Origin: Phycisphaera mikurensis NBRC 102666
GTDB taxonomy: Bacteria; Planctomycetota; Phycisphaerae; Phycisphaerales; Phycisphaeraceae
Reading direction: 5' to 3'
Assembly (NCBI RefSeq): GCF_000284115.1
Contig: NC_017080.1
Location: 3,150,001 to 3,182,000, forward strand
DNA: 32,000 bases
The first letter of the stretch is position 1; each line of letters opens with the position of its first letter. Of this stretch, positions 22,983-31,705 are shown in pieces. Position numbers and translations under genes: made by a program. Under the pieces are notes generated by a model. The model saw only the letters and a list, made by a program, of their open reading frames with translations. It was not told where the DNA came from and did not search any database.

Positions 22983-23047
22983 GAAGCTCAGAACGAGAAG
23001 CAGGAGCGCGCGGAGCGACGCGAGCGTGCCCCCGCGAGGCGGAGCCC

Positions 23048-23791
23048 CTAGAACGGGAACAACGCGTCGATCAGCTTGGTGAGCGGGCCCTTCTTGGTCC
23101 CGCGGCGGAGCTCGCCGTGGTGCTGCTTGGTGAGGTGCAGGTCGTAGAGCTGCGTCGAGAAGATCGTGTTGTCCAGCGTGATGTCGTCGACGCGGCAGGT
23201 GCCGGTGGCCACCAGGGTGACCTCCTCGTCGTCGCTGGCGAGGTGCTTGCGGGCCTCGAGCACGAGCGTGCCGTTGGGTTTCACGTCGATCACGCGGGCG
23301 GTGAGCCGGGCCGACATCGAGTCGCGCCGCTTGTAGTTGCCCTCGCCCTCGAAGCTCCGCTCGGCCTCCAGGTCGAGCGCGATCTCGGGCGTGATGGCCG
23401 ATTCGTTGATGCGCAGCTTCAAGAGGTCGCCCAGGTCGAAGTGGGGAAACTGCTTCACGCCGCCGTCCCACTCGGAGGCCTTCTCCACCTCCAGCTCGCT
23501 CGTGAAGTCGGTCGAGAGGTCCTCGCGGATCACGATCGTCACGAGGTCGTGGAGGCCGTAGGTCCGCGGCGCCGGGCGGGTGACCGCGAACCAGCTCGCC
23601 TGCGCGACGTCGGCGTGGATCGCCCGGAGGTCGGTCTGCCGGCCGGGGCTGGCGATCCGCGGCGTCAAGCGGGCCGGCGGCGGGGCGACCACCTCCGCGG
23701 CGGCCGCGAACTCGGAGAGTCCCTGGCCGGAGGCGGGGGCGGGCGTGGCCGCGAGGAGCAGCGCGGAAACGGCGGGGAAGAGGCGCTTCAT
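23048..23791 (-). CDS. flgH: flagellar L-ring protein FlgH
   Basis: The signal peptide is followed by DLVTI.I.E......TSEL...S.........F and G.G.Y.R.DS....LTA.V..V.PNG.LV.EA...L..D.E......TG..R..DI...NTI.S..L.D, the FlgH pattern. No lipobox Cys is visible. Confidence 0.9.
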   Translation of the reverse strand: MKRLFPAVSALLLAATPAPASGQGLSEFAAAAEVVAPPPARLTPRIASPGRQTDLRAIHADVAQASWFAVTRPAPRTYGLHDLVTIVIREDLSTDFTSELEVEKASEWDGGVKQFPHFDLGDLLKLRINESAITPEIALDLEAERSFEGEGNYKRRDSMSARLTARVIDVKPNGTLVLEARKHLASDDEEVTLVATGTCRVDDITLDNTIFSTQLYDLHLTKQHHGELRRGTKKGPLTKLIDALFPF

Positions 23792-23811
23792 GAAGGGGTT
23801 CCTGCGGGGTG

Positions 23812-24885
23812 TCAAAACCGGTCCACCCGGACCTCGTTCGCCCCGGTGACGACGGCATCCACGGTGCGGGCGCGGGGGCCGCGGGCTTCGCCCAGGCGGA
23901 CGGTGACCGCTTCGCCGAGCGCGGCGTCGCCCTCGGCGAAGCCCTCGGCGACGAGTTCGATGGCGCCGGCGGCGACGCGGACGGTCACGTGGCCGCCGCG
24001 ATCGACCAGCGCCGGCCGGGCGAGGTGGCCGGGCACCAGGCGGGTGCCGGGCCGCAGCGAGACCTCGGCTTCGGCGCCGAGCACGCCGTCGAGGGTTCTG
24101 AGCGGGGCCTCCGCACCGGCGGGCTCGCGGCCGATCGTCACGGCCCGCAACGCCACGTTGGCGGCGCTGAAGGTGTCGCCACGCCGGATCGGCCCGGTGG
24201 CCACGGCGGCGAGCACCTCGCGCTCGGTCTCCACGGAGACGGTGTGCAGCGTGAGGGCGCCTTCGGGATCGCGCTCCTCGATCCGCACGCTCACGCGGCC
24301 CAGCCGGGGCCGTCCCAGCGGCTCGACACGGAAGCGGGTCCCGTCCGCGGGCCGGGCAAGCAGCGCCGCGTCGTCGGCGGCGGCCGTGACGCGGAGGTCG
24401 TCGTGGTCGTCGGGGCTCAGGCCGAGCCAGCCCGCGAGCCGGTGGCGGAGGCGGTCGCCGAGGGGATCCGCCGCCGGCGGTGCGGGCGTGGCCCCCGCCG
24501 CCGGAGCGGGCGAGCCCGCCGCGACCGGGGCGGGCGTCGGGGGCGCTGCGGCCGGGGCGGGCAGGTTCCGCACCTCCACCGCGCAGGCCGCCACCCCGCG
24601 CAGCCGGAGCCGTCCCAGGTTCGCCCCGCTCTCCGCCAGCGCCACCCGCACCGCGTCCAGGGTCACCGAGACGGAGCCGCCCGCGGCGGTCGCGACGACC
24701 ACCGGCCCGAGGGTCTCCACCGCCCCGCCCCCGAGCTCCATCACGTCCGACACGCGGACCGTCGGCCCCGCCACCACCGCCGCCGGCCGGAGCGTCAGCA
24801 CCGCCTCCCCGCGGGCGGCACCCGCGGCGACGAGCACGCACAAGCACGGGAGCAGCCAAACCGGTCCGCGGGAGAGAGAGGGCAT
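23812..24885 (-). CDS. flgA: flagellar basal-body P-ring formation protein FlgA
   Basis: A signal peptide is followed by a C-terminal SAF/FlgA domain (I.RGD......V......V.........L.G.......L..G..L....L..P.LV.RG..V.V......I.....G.A...GA.GE.V.V). It sits between flgG and flgH. ATG 24885 is the start. Confidence 0.8.
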   Translation of the reverse strand: MPSLSRGPVWLLPCLCVLVAAGAARGEAVLTLRPAAVVAGPTVRVSDVMELGGGAVETLGPVVVATAAGGSVSVTLDAVRVALAESGANLGRLRLRGVAACAVEVRNLPAPAAAPPTPAPVAAGSPAPAAGATPAPPAADPLGDRLRHRLAGWLGLSPDDHDDLRVTAAADDAALLARPADGTRFRVEPLGRPRLGRVSVRIEERDPEGALTLHTVSVETEREVLAAVATGPIRRGDTFSAANVALRAVTIGREPAGAEAPLRTLDGVLGAEAEVSLRPGTRLVPGHLARPALVDRGGHVTVRVAAGAIELVAEGFAEGDAALGEAVTVRLGEARGPRARTVDAVVTGANEVRVDRF

Positions 24886-25054
24886 TGGCCTCCACGAAGC
24901 AACGCCCGTGCCGGCGGGGGGCCGCGCCGAATCCGCCGACCGCACCGCCCCAGCCGCGTGCCGGCACGGGCCTCGCTCGGTCCGCGACACCCGCGGCGGC
25001 CAGCCGCCGGGGAGCGCACCGGCGGCCGCGGAGCCGCCGGCGTGCCCCGGTGCT

Positions 25055-25864
25055 TCAGCGGCGGAGGTTGCCGACGACCTGGAGGACCTCGTCGGCGGCC
25101 TGGATCGTCTGGCTGTTCAGTTCGAACGCCCGCTGGCTCTTGATCAGGCCGACGAGCTCCTTGACGGTGTCGACGTTGGAGAGCTCCAGGTGCCGGTCGA
25201 GCATCGTGCCCAGGCCGGGGCTGCCGGGCTCTCCGGCGATGGCGGGCCCGCTGGCGTCGGTGGCGATGTACAGGTTGCCGCCGATGCTCTTGAGGCCGGC
25301 CTTGTTGACGAAGGTGTGGAGCTCGATCTGGCCGAGCTGCTGGGTCTGCCCCGCGGCGTCCGTGTAGCCGACGGTGCCGTCGGCGGAGACCGTGATGGCG
25401 TCCTCGGCGGCGTCTTCGGGGATGTTGATCCCGTCGGCGAGCAGGTTGCCCTGCGTGTTGCCGAGCACCACGTCGCCGTCGACGTTGCGGAAGAAGTTGC
25501 CCGCGCGGGTGAAGGCCTCGCCGCCGCCCTGGTCCCCGGGCAGCGTCACGCGGAAGAAGCCGTCGCCGTTGATCATGACGTCCAGCGGGCGGCCGGTCAC
25601 CTCGCTCGCGCCCTGCTGGAAGTCGTACTGCGTGTTGCTCACGCGCGTGCCCAAGCCGACCTGCACGCCCGCGGGCGTCACCTCGCCCGCGGCGTTCTCC
25701 ACGCCCGGCTGCCGCTTGTGCTCGTAGAGCAGGTCCTCGAAGTTCACGCGGCTGCCCTTGAAGCCCACCGTGTTGACGTTGGCGAGGTTGTTGGCGATCA
25801 CGTCGATCTCGGTGGAGAGTGCGGTCAGGCCGGTGGCGGCGGAGTGGAGGGCGTTGATGGCCAT
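25055..25864 (-). CDS. flgG: flagellar basal-body rod protein FlgG
   Basis: MAINALHSAATGLTA....IDVIANNLANVNT.GFK and the C-terminal LE.SNVD.V.ELV.LI..QRAFE.NS..IQ.ADE are present. Confidence 0.95.
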   Translation of the reverse strand: MAINALHSAATGLTALSTEIDVIANNLANVNTVGFKGSRVNFEDLLYEHKRQPGVENAAGEVTPAGVQVGLGTRVSNTQYDFQQGASEVTGRPLDVMINGDGFFRVTLPGDQGGGEAFTRAGNFFRNVDGDVVLGNTQGNLLADGINIPEDAAEDAITVSADGTVGYTDAAGQTQQLGQIELHTFVNKAGLKSIGGNLYIATDASGPAIAGEPGSPGLGTMLDRHLELSNVDTVKELVGLIKSQRAFELNSQTIQAADEVLQVVGNLRR

Positions 25865-25918
25865 AACGAGTCAGAGTGCGCGGCGGGAACGGTGCGGGGG
25901 ATCAAGGCTGTGCCCGCG

Positions 25919-26183
25919 TGGGAGGGCGGGTGCGGGGAGGGCGACTTTGCCCAGCGAGGAAGTGAGGAAGCGAGGAAGTCAGAAAGGCAGGGAGGCGGGA
26001 AACGAGAAGGTCAGGAAGCGTGGAAGCGGAGCGGTGAGCAGAGCGGGCGGAGCGTCCAGTTCGGATTGCTGACTTCTTCGCTTCCCCACTTCTTCGCTTC
26101 TTCGCCTCCCTACTTCTTCGCTTCCTCGCTTCTCCGCTTCCTCGCTTCTCCGCCTCCCTACTTCTTCGCTTCCCCCCCTCCCC
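25919..26183. repeat. large imperfect inverted repeat of GA-rich (left) and CT-rich (right) short-repeat arrays in the flgF-flgG gap
   Basis: Exact complementary blocks are GAAGCGAGGAAG 25967-25978 versus CTTCCTCGCTTC 26121-26132 and 26137-26148, and AGGGAGGCGG 25989-25998 versus CCGCCTCCCT 26150-26159 (9/10 at 26102-26111). CTTCTTCGCTTC recurs at 26073, 26089, 26113 and 26161. Confidence 0.85.
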
Positions 26184-26184
26184 A

Positions 26185-26961
26185 TCAAGCGACGCGCGCC
26201 AGCGTGTTGATCGCGCGGTCCATGAGCAGGTCGTGGTTCTGGATCATGCGGTAGTTGGAGCTGGCGGACTTGCCGGCGGACAGCATCGAGGTGAGCTGGC
26301 GGATCGGCTCGGAGGCGGAGCCCTCGGTGGCGCCGACCTCGAGCACGGGCCCGGCCACCGCGGCGGTGCCCGCGCCGCCGAGCAGCGCGAAGCGGTTGCC
26401 GCCGATGGGCCGCAGCGCGGCGGCGTCGGCGGCGGCGACCTCGACGACGCCGAGGCGGCCGGCGAGGCCGCCGCCGGCGGTCACGCGGCCGTCCGCCTCG
26501 AGCTGCGCGGGCACGCCTTCGGGCAGGCGGATCGGCAGGCCGCGGTCGTCGAGCACGCGAGCGCCGGCCTGGTTCACCAGCTCGCCGGCCTCGCTCACGA
26601 GGAAGCGGCCGTCGCGGGTGAGGGCGGGCTCGCCGGGGGTCTGCGTGTTCTCGACGGTGAAGAAGGCGTTGGCTTGGGGCAGCATCGCGTCGAGCGGGTT
26701 GCCGGTGGTGACGACCGGGCCGGCCTGCAGCGAGACGCGGCTCGCCGCGACGACTGTGCCGCCGCCCAGGCGCTCGAGCAGCTGGTTGGAGGTGCGCATC
26801 GGGGCGAGGTCCTCGACGGCCTCGGGCGGCCGGGCCTGGGCGGCGGCGAGCTGCGGCTTGAAGCCGACGGTGTTGACGTTGGCGAGGTTGTTCGCCGCGA
26901 CGTCCTGGCGGTGCGAGGCGGTCAGGGCGCCGGCGGCGGAGAGGTACAGGCCGTAGTTCAC
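26185..26961 (-). CDS. flgF: flagellar basal-body rod protein FlgF-like
   Basis: VNYGLYLSAAGAL......DV.ANNLANVNTVGFK matches the rod-protein N-terminus, and the C-terminal rod-protein heptads are present. It lies directly upstream of flgG. The GTG start at 26961 overlaps the stop of the upstream small ORF (GTGA). Confidence 0.85.
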   Translation of the reverse strand: MNYGLYLSAAGALTASHRQDVAANNLANVNTVGFKPQLAAAQARPPEAVEDLAPMRTSNQLLERLGGGTVVAASRVSLQAGPVVTTGNPLDAMLPQANAFFTVENTQTPGEPALTRDGRFLVSEAGELVNQAGARVLDDRGLPIRLPEGVPAQLEADGRVTAGGGLAGRLGVVEVAAADAAALRPIGGNRFALLGGAGTAAVAGPVLEVGATEGSASEPIRQLTSMLSAGKSASSNYRMIQNHDLLMDRAINTLARVA

Positions 26962-27194
26962 GCGGCCACCGCTTCCGCCGCCAGGGCCGCGAGCTTCGCC
27001 GCCTGGGTGCCGCCCCAGGCGGCCGCGAGCGTGGCCCGCCGGGCGTGTTCGGCCGCCGCCCGCTCCGCGAGCTCGGCGACGCACGCGTCCAGGTCCGCGA
27101 GGGCCGCGGCGTCGCCGGCCGCGAGGGCTTCGAGGTCGACGCCGCGCTGCGCGAGGACGTCGAGCCAGCACGAGGGGGTGGCGGGGATCTGCAC
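26958..27194 (-). CDS. small Ala-rich helical protein of unknown function, translationally coupled to flgF
   Basis: The open frame spans 26958..27221. I favour GTG 27194 (78 aa) because the first codons of the longer form coincide with a sigma54 promoter whose predicted transcription start site (TSS) is about 27194. Coding status is uncertain. Confidence 0.35.
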   Translation of the reverse strand: MQIPATPSCWLDVLAQRGVDLEALAAGDAAALADLDACVAELAERAAAEHARRATLAAAWGGTQAAKLAALAAEAVAA

Positions 27195-27205
27195 GCCCGG
27201 CTCAC

Positions 27206-27220
27206 GCAAGGCGGGTGCCA
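27206..27220 (-). promoter_or_regulatory. sigma54 (RpoN)-type promoter TGGCAC-N5-TTGC upstream of flgF
   Basis: Minus strand reads gTGGCACccgccTTGCg, matching the -24 GG/-12 GC consensus TGGCAC-N5-TTGCW at all 10 core positions. It lies 44 nt after the hydrolase stop and about 245 nt before the flgF start. Confidence 0.5.
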
Positions 27221-27263
27221 CGCCGGCGGCCGGCAGAAGCTGCGCTCCGGCGCACCGCGCGTT

Positions 27264-28358
27264 TCAGGCGAGGCCGAGGTCCTCGTAGAGCGCGGCCAGC
27301 GTCGTGTGCAGCCGCTGCTGGTGGGCCAGCTCGCCGGGCATCCCGTCCCAGACGACGGCGGCGGCGAGGCCGTGCGCCGGATCGGCGAAGCCGACCGCGC
27401 ACTGGTTGCCGCCGTGGCCGAAGGCCCCGTCGCTGGCGTGCGGCCCGAAGCCGTACGGCACCAGCTCGCGGCCGTGCCGCTTGGAGTCGATGGCGACGCC
27501 CAGGCCCCAGTCGATCGTCGCCTTGAAGGTCGCGTCCTCCAGGCCCTCCCGCTGGCGCGAGGACACGGCCGCGGCGGTGGCCGGTTCCAGCACGCGGACG
27601 CCGTCGAGCGTTCCGGCCGGGTCGGCCTCGTCCAGCAGCATCCGGTAGAGCCGGACCAGCCCCGCCGCGGGCCCGCGGTTGTTCGCGCCCGGCTTGGGGT
27701 TCGTGCACCAGGCCTCGGCCGCGTAGCCGGGATCCGCCGGCGGGTTCTGGGTGGTGTCCAGCGTTGCGACGAGCCGGCCGGCGTCATGGAGCGCCGCCCA
27801 AGCTGCGGGCGTCATCCCGCAGTGGCAGTCCCGCATGCCCAGCGGCCCCAGCGCCCGCGCCTCCGTCGCCTCGATGACGCCCAGGCCCGATGCCGTCTCC
27901 AGGAGCGCCCCCAGCGTGTACCAGCTCGTGTACACGTGATACCCGGCCCGCTCGCCGGGCGACCAACGCGGCTCCTGCCGCGCCGCGTTCACCGCCTCGA
28001 CGGCCTCCGCCCACGGCGTCCGCGGGTGATCCAGCACGGCCGCCCGGAAGCCGGACGTGTGCGTGAGCAGGTGGCGGATCGTCGTGCCCGCCTTCCCGTT
28101 GCGCTCGAAGCCGGGCAGGTGCGACGCCACCTCGTCGTCGAGGCCCAGCCGCCCCGCGTCCACCTCCGCGAGCACCGCCACCGCGGTCACCGGCTTGCCC
28201 GCCGACATCCAGAGCATCACGCCGTCGCGCGTGGCGGAGCCGAAGGCCTCGTCCGCCACCGGCTCGCCCCCGAGGAACGCGACGGCCTGCGCCCCCGCGT
28301 GCCGGCCCGCCGCCACGCCTTCCTCGAAGATCGCCCGGGTCCGGGTCAAGCCGCTCAT
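27264..28358 (-). CDS. beta-lactamase-fold serine hydrolase (class C beta-lactamase/esterase/DD-peptidase-like family)
   Basis: An SxxK motif (MSAGKPVTA) sits at the expected N-terminal position, with LLTHTSG and a C-terminal HGG motif as in the PF00144-type family. ATG 28358 is preferred over 28559. Confidence 0.8.
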   Translation of the reverse strand: MSGLTRTRAIFEEGVAAGRHAGAQAVAFLGGEPVADEAFGSATRDGVMLWMSAGKPVTAVAVLAEVDAGRLGLDDEVASHLPGFERNGKAGTTIRHLLTHTSGFRAAVLDHPRTPWAEAVEAVNAARQEPRWSPGERAGYHVYTSWYTLGALLETASGLGVIEATEARALGPLGMRDCHCGMTPAAWAALHDAGRLVATLDTTQNPPADPGYAAEAWCTNPKPGANNRGPAAGLVRLYRMLLDEADPAGTLDGVRVLEPATAAAVSSRQREGLEDATFKATIDWGLGVAIDSKRHGRELVPYGFGPHASDGAFGHGGNQCAVGFADPAHGLAAAVVWDGMPGELAHQQRLHTTLAALYEDLGLA

Positions 28359-28379
28359 GGAGACGTTGTACGGGCGGAT

Positions 28380-28425
28380 CCGCGGACCGTGGGGCTTTCC
28401 GCACGATCGGGCCCGCGGTCCGCGG
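28380..28425. repeat. 46-bp palindromic element, copy 6
   Basis: Both arms are exact, with spacer tggggctttccgcacgatcgggcccg. It lies between the rpsA terminator and the hydrolase start. Confidence 0.9.
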
Positions 28426-28550
28426 AGCGGGAGGCTCGCGTGAACCATCCGTGCCGGGACCGCTCGCGGCAAAACGCCGCCAGCGGATCGCACCCCCGGG
28501 AGGGCCGAGCCCGCGTCCGTGCGCGCCGCCCGGCGGGCCTCCGGGCGGCG

Positions 28551-28583
28551 CAAAATCAAAGCCGGTCGCTTCCGCGACCGGCT
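28551..28583 (-). terminator. intrinsic terminator of rpsA
   Basis: Minus strand reads AGCCGGTCGC-ggaa-GCGACCGGCT followed by TTGATTTTG, 57 nt after the rpsA stop. Confidence 0.7.
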
Positions 28584-28639
28584 CCGTCCCCGGCGGCCGG
28601 GCCGCCGGGCTCTCGTCGACGCTCACCCGCGGACCGGGC

Positions 28640-30433
<1,794 letters not shown>

Positions 30434-30947
30434 AGGAGTCGGATTTCCTACCGCGGGGAAGAGGCACCCGCGGCCGCCGCGCGGCGGCCGATGACGGGTC
30501 CGGAGGCGGCGGGAACGCCTCGCGAGCGACAGCAACCATCGGGAAGATGGGCGCCGACGGCACAGGATAGCGGGAGACGCGGCGGAAGATCCTGCATCGC
30601 CCCTTCCCACGCGACGCGCTGCAGCGGGGGCGGATTCCCGGCCCGGGAAGAACACCCGCACCGGCGGTCGCTGCCGCGGGCCGGCCCGAGGAGGACGCCT
30701 GGACACCGCAAGCCCTGGGGCGCCAGCGTGTTGCGAGATCCCGCGAGAGCTGCGGTGCCCGGAGGGCTTCGGCTCCGAAACCGACTGCGGGCTTCCGCCC
30801 CGCGGGGTAGGGGTATCCGCCTAGCATTCTCGGCTCGCGTGCCGCGGCACCCGCCCGGCAACGGCCCCCGACCGCGTCGCAGCCCGAGCCTGCGAGCGAA
30901 CCCCGCGGACCCCGTCGGAGTCCGAGAGAAAAGACTGGAATCTGATT

Positions 30948-31514
30948 ATGCAGACCAACCACATGCTCCCTTCCACGATCGCGTGCACCCTCGGCGTCTG
31001 CCTGCTGGCCACCGCCGCTTCCGCGGAGGATCACGCGTCGCACGCGATCCCGGAGCAGGACGTTCTGGACGTCCAGAAGGAGTGGGGCGAAGGCATCGTC
31101 GCCATCTCCAAGGTCCACAAGGAGGGCGGCGATTACACCGCCCGCGCCGAGGAGCACATCAACGAGCTCTACGCCTACGACCTCGGCGACGTGATGTTCA
31201 AGCCGACGCTTGCCGCTGAAGACCAGTTCCGCGAGACCTTCGAAGAGGCGCTGTCGTACTTCGTCGGCACCGAGGGCTCGGAAGACAAGGGCTTCGCCAT
31301 CTCCGGCTGGACCGACGTCCGCTGGGAGAGCAACGGCGTTTACACGGACGACAACTCGGCCACCGCGATGGGCAACTACTTCTTCAAGAAGGCCGACGGA
31401 TCGGAAACCAAGGTCGAGTACACCTTCGGCTACGTGAAAGACGACGACGGCAACCTCAAGATCAACCTGCACCACTCGTCGCTGCCCTTCGATCCCTCGC
31501 CGATCGCGGAGTGA
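30948..31514 (+). CDS. secreted NTF2-like (SnoaL/DUF4440-type) protein
   Basis: The signal peptide ...CLLATAASA is followed by W......I.......Y...........Y......FKPT, GN.YF.......KVEYTFGY and HHSS.P, reminiscent of NTF2-fold families. The assignment is from memory only. Confidence 0.5.
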   Translation: MQTNHMLPSTIACTLGVCLLATAASAEDHASHAIPEQDVLDVQKEWGEGIVAISKVHKEGGDYTARAEEHINELYAYDLGDVMFKPTLAAEDQFRETFEEALSYFVGTEGSEDKGFAISGWTDVRWESNGVYTDDNSATAMGNYFFKKADGSETKVEYTFGYVKDDDGNLKINLHHSSLPFDPSPIAE

Positions 31515-31518
31515 CGCC

Positions 31519-31554
31519 GGGGATCTGGGGGATCCGGGGGACAGGGAACCTGGG
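31519..31554 (+). other. G-quadruplex-type motif GGGGatctGGGGGatccGGGGGacaGGGaacctGGG
   Basis: Five G-runs of at least 3 are separated by loops of 3-5 nt, immediately after the stop at 31514. Confidence 0.4.
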
Positions 31555-31620
31555 AGACAGACCCCGGGACCCGTTGCCGGCACCGAACCGTCTTCCTCAA
31601 GGACCAGGGGCCAGGCCCCG

Positions 31621-31690
31621 GCGGACCCCGGCGGACCCGGGGCGGACCCGGAAGCGGGGCCCGCAGGCCGGTCGAGACCCGCGGACCCCG
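31621..31690. repeat. direct repeats of GCGGACCC (x4), related to the 46-bp element arm
   Basis: Copies start at 31621, 31631, 31642 and 31681, in the convergent gap before speA. Confidence 0.7.
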
Positions 31691-31705
31691 GGTGGGGGCA
31701 GCCGC

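Noticed and set aside
22381-23047. Known housekeeping RNAs (tRNA, tmRNA, RNase P RNA, SRP/4.5S RNA, 6S RNA) in the large gap
   Set aside because: I could not find the diagnostic motifs: a T-loop GTTCRANYC with matching stems, the tmRNA 5' GGGG...tag ORF, the RNase P GAGGAAAGUCC motif, or the SRP domain-IV GGAA loop context. A covariance-model scan is still needed.
25901-25915. Second sigma54 promoter directly upstream of flgG (GGCAC-N4-TTGAT)
   Set aside because: The spacing is one base short and the -12 GC dinucleotide is missing, so it is not reported as a feature.
22598-26254. 1218-aa plus-strand ORF, and 23048..24967 / 23809..25143
   Set aside because: They are antisense or out of frame to flgH, flgA and flgG, which have unmistakable homology. 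The 5' part lies in the non-coding gap and has no start signals.
25979-27787. 602-aa minus-strand ORF, and 26233..27288 / 27045..29021 on the plus strand
   Set aside because: They are out of frame or antisense to flgF and the serine hydrolase. The translated SEEVGRRRSEE repeats merely reflect the GA/CT repeat element.
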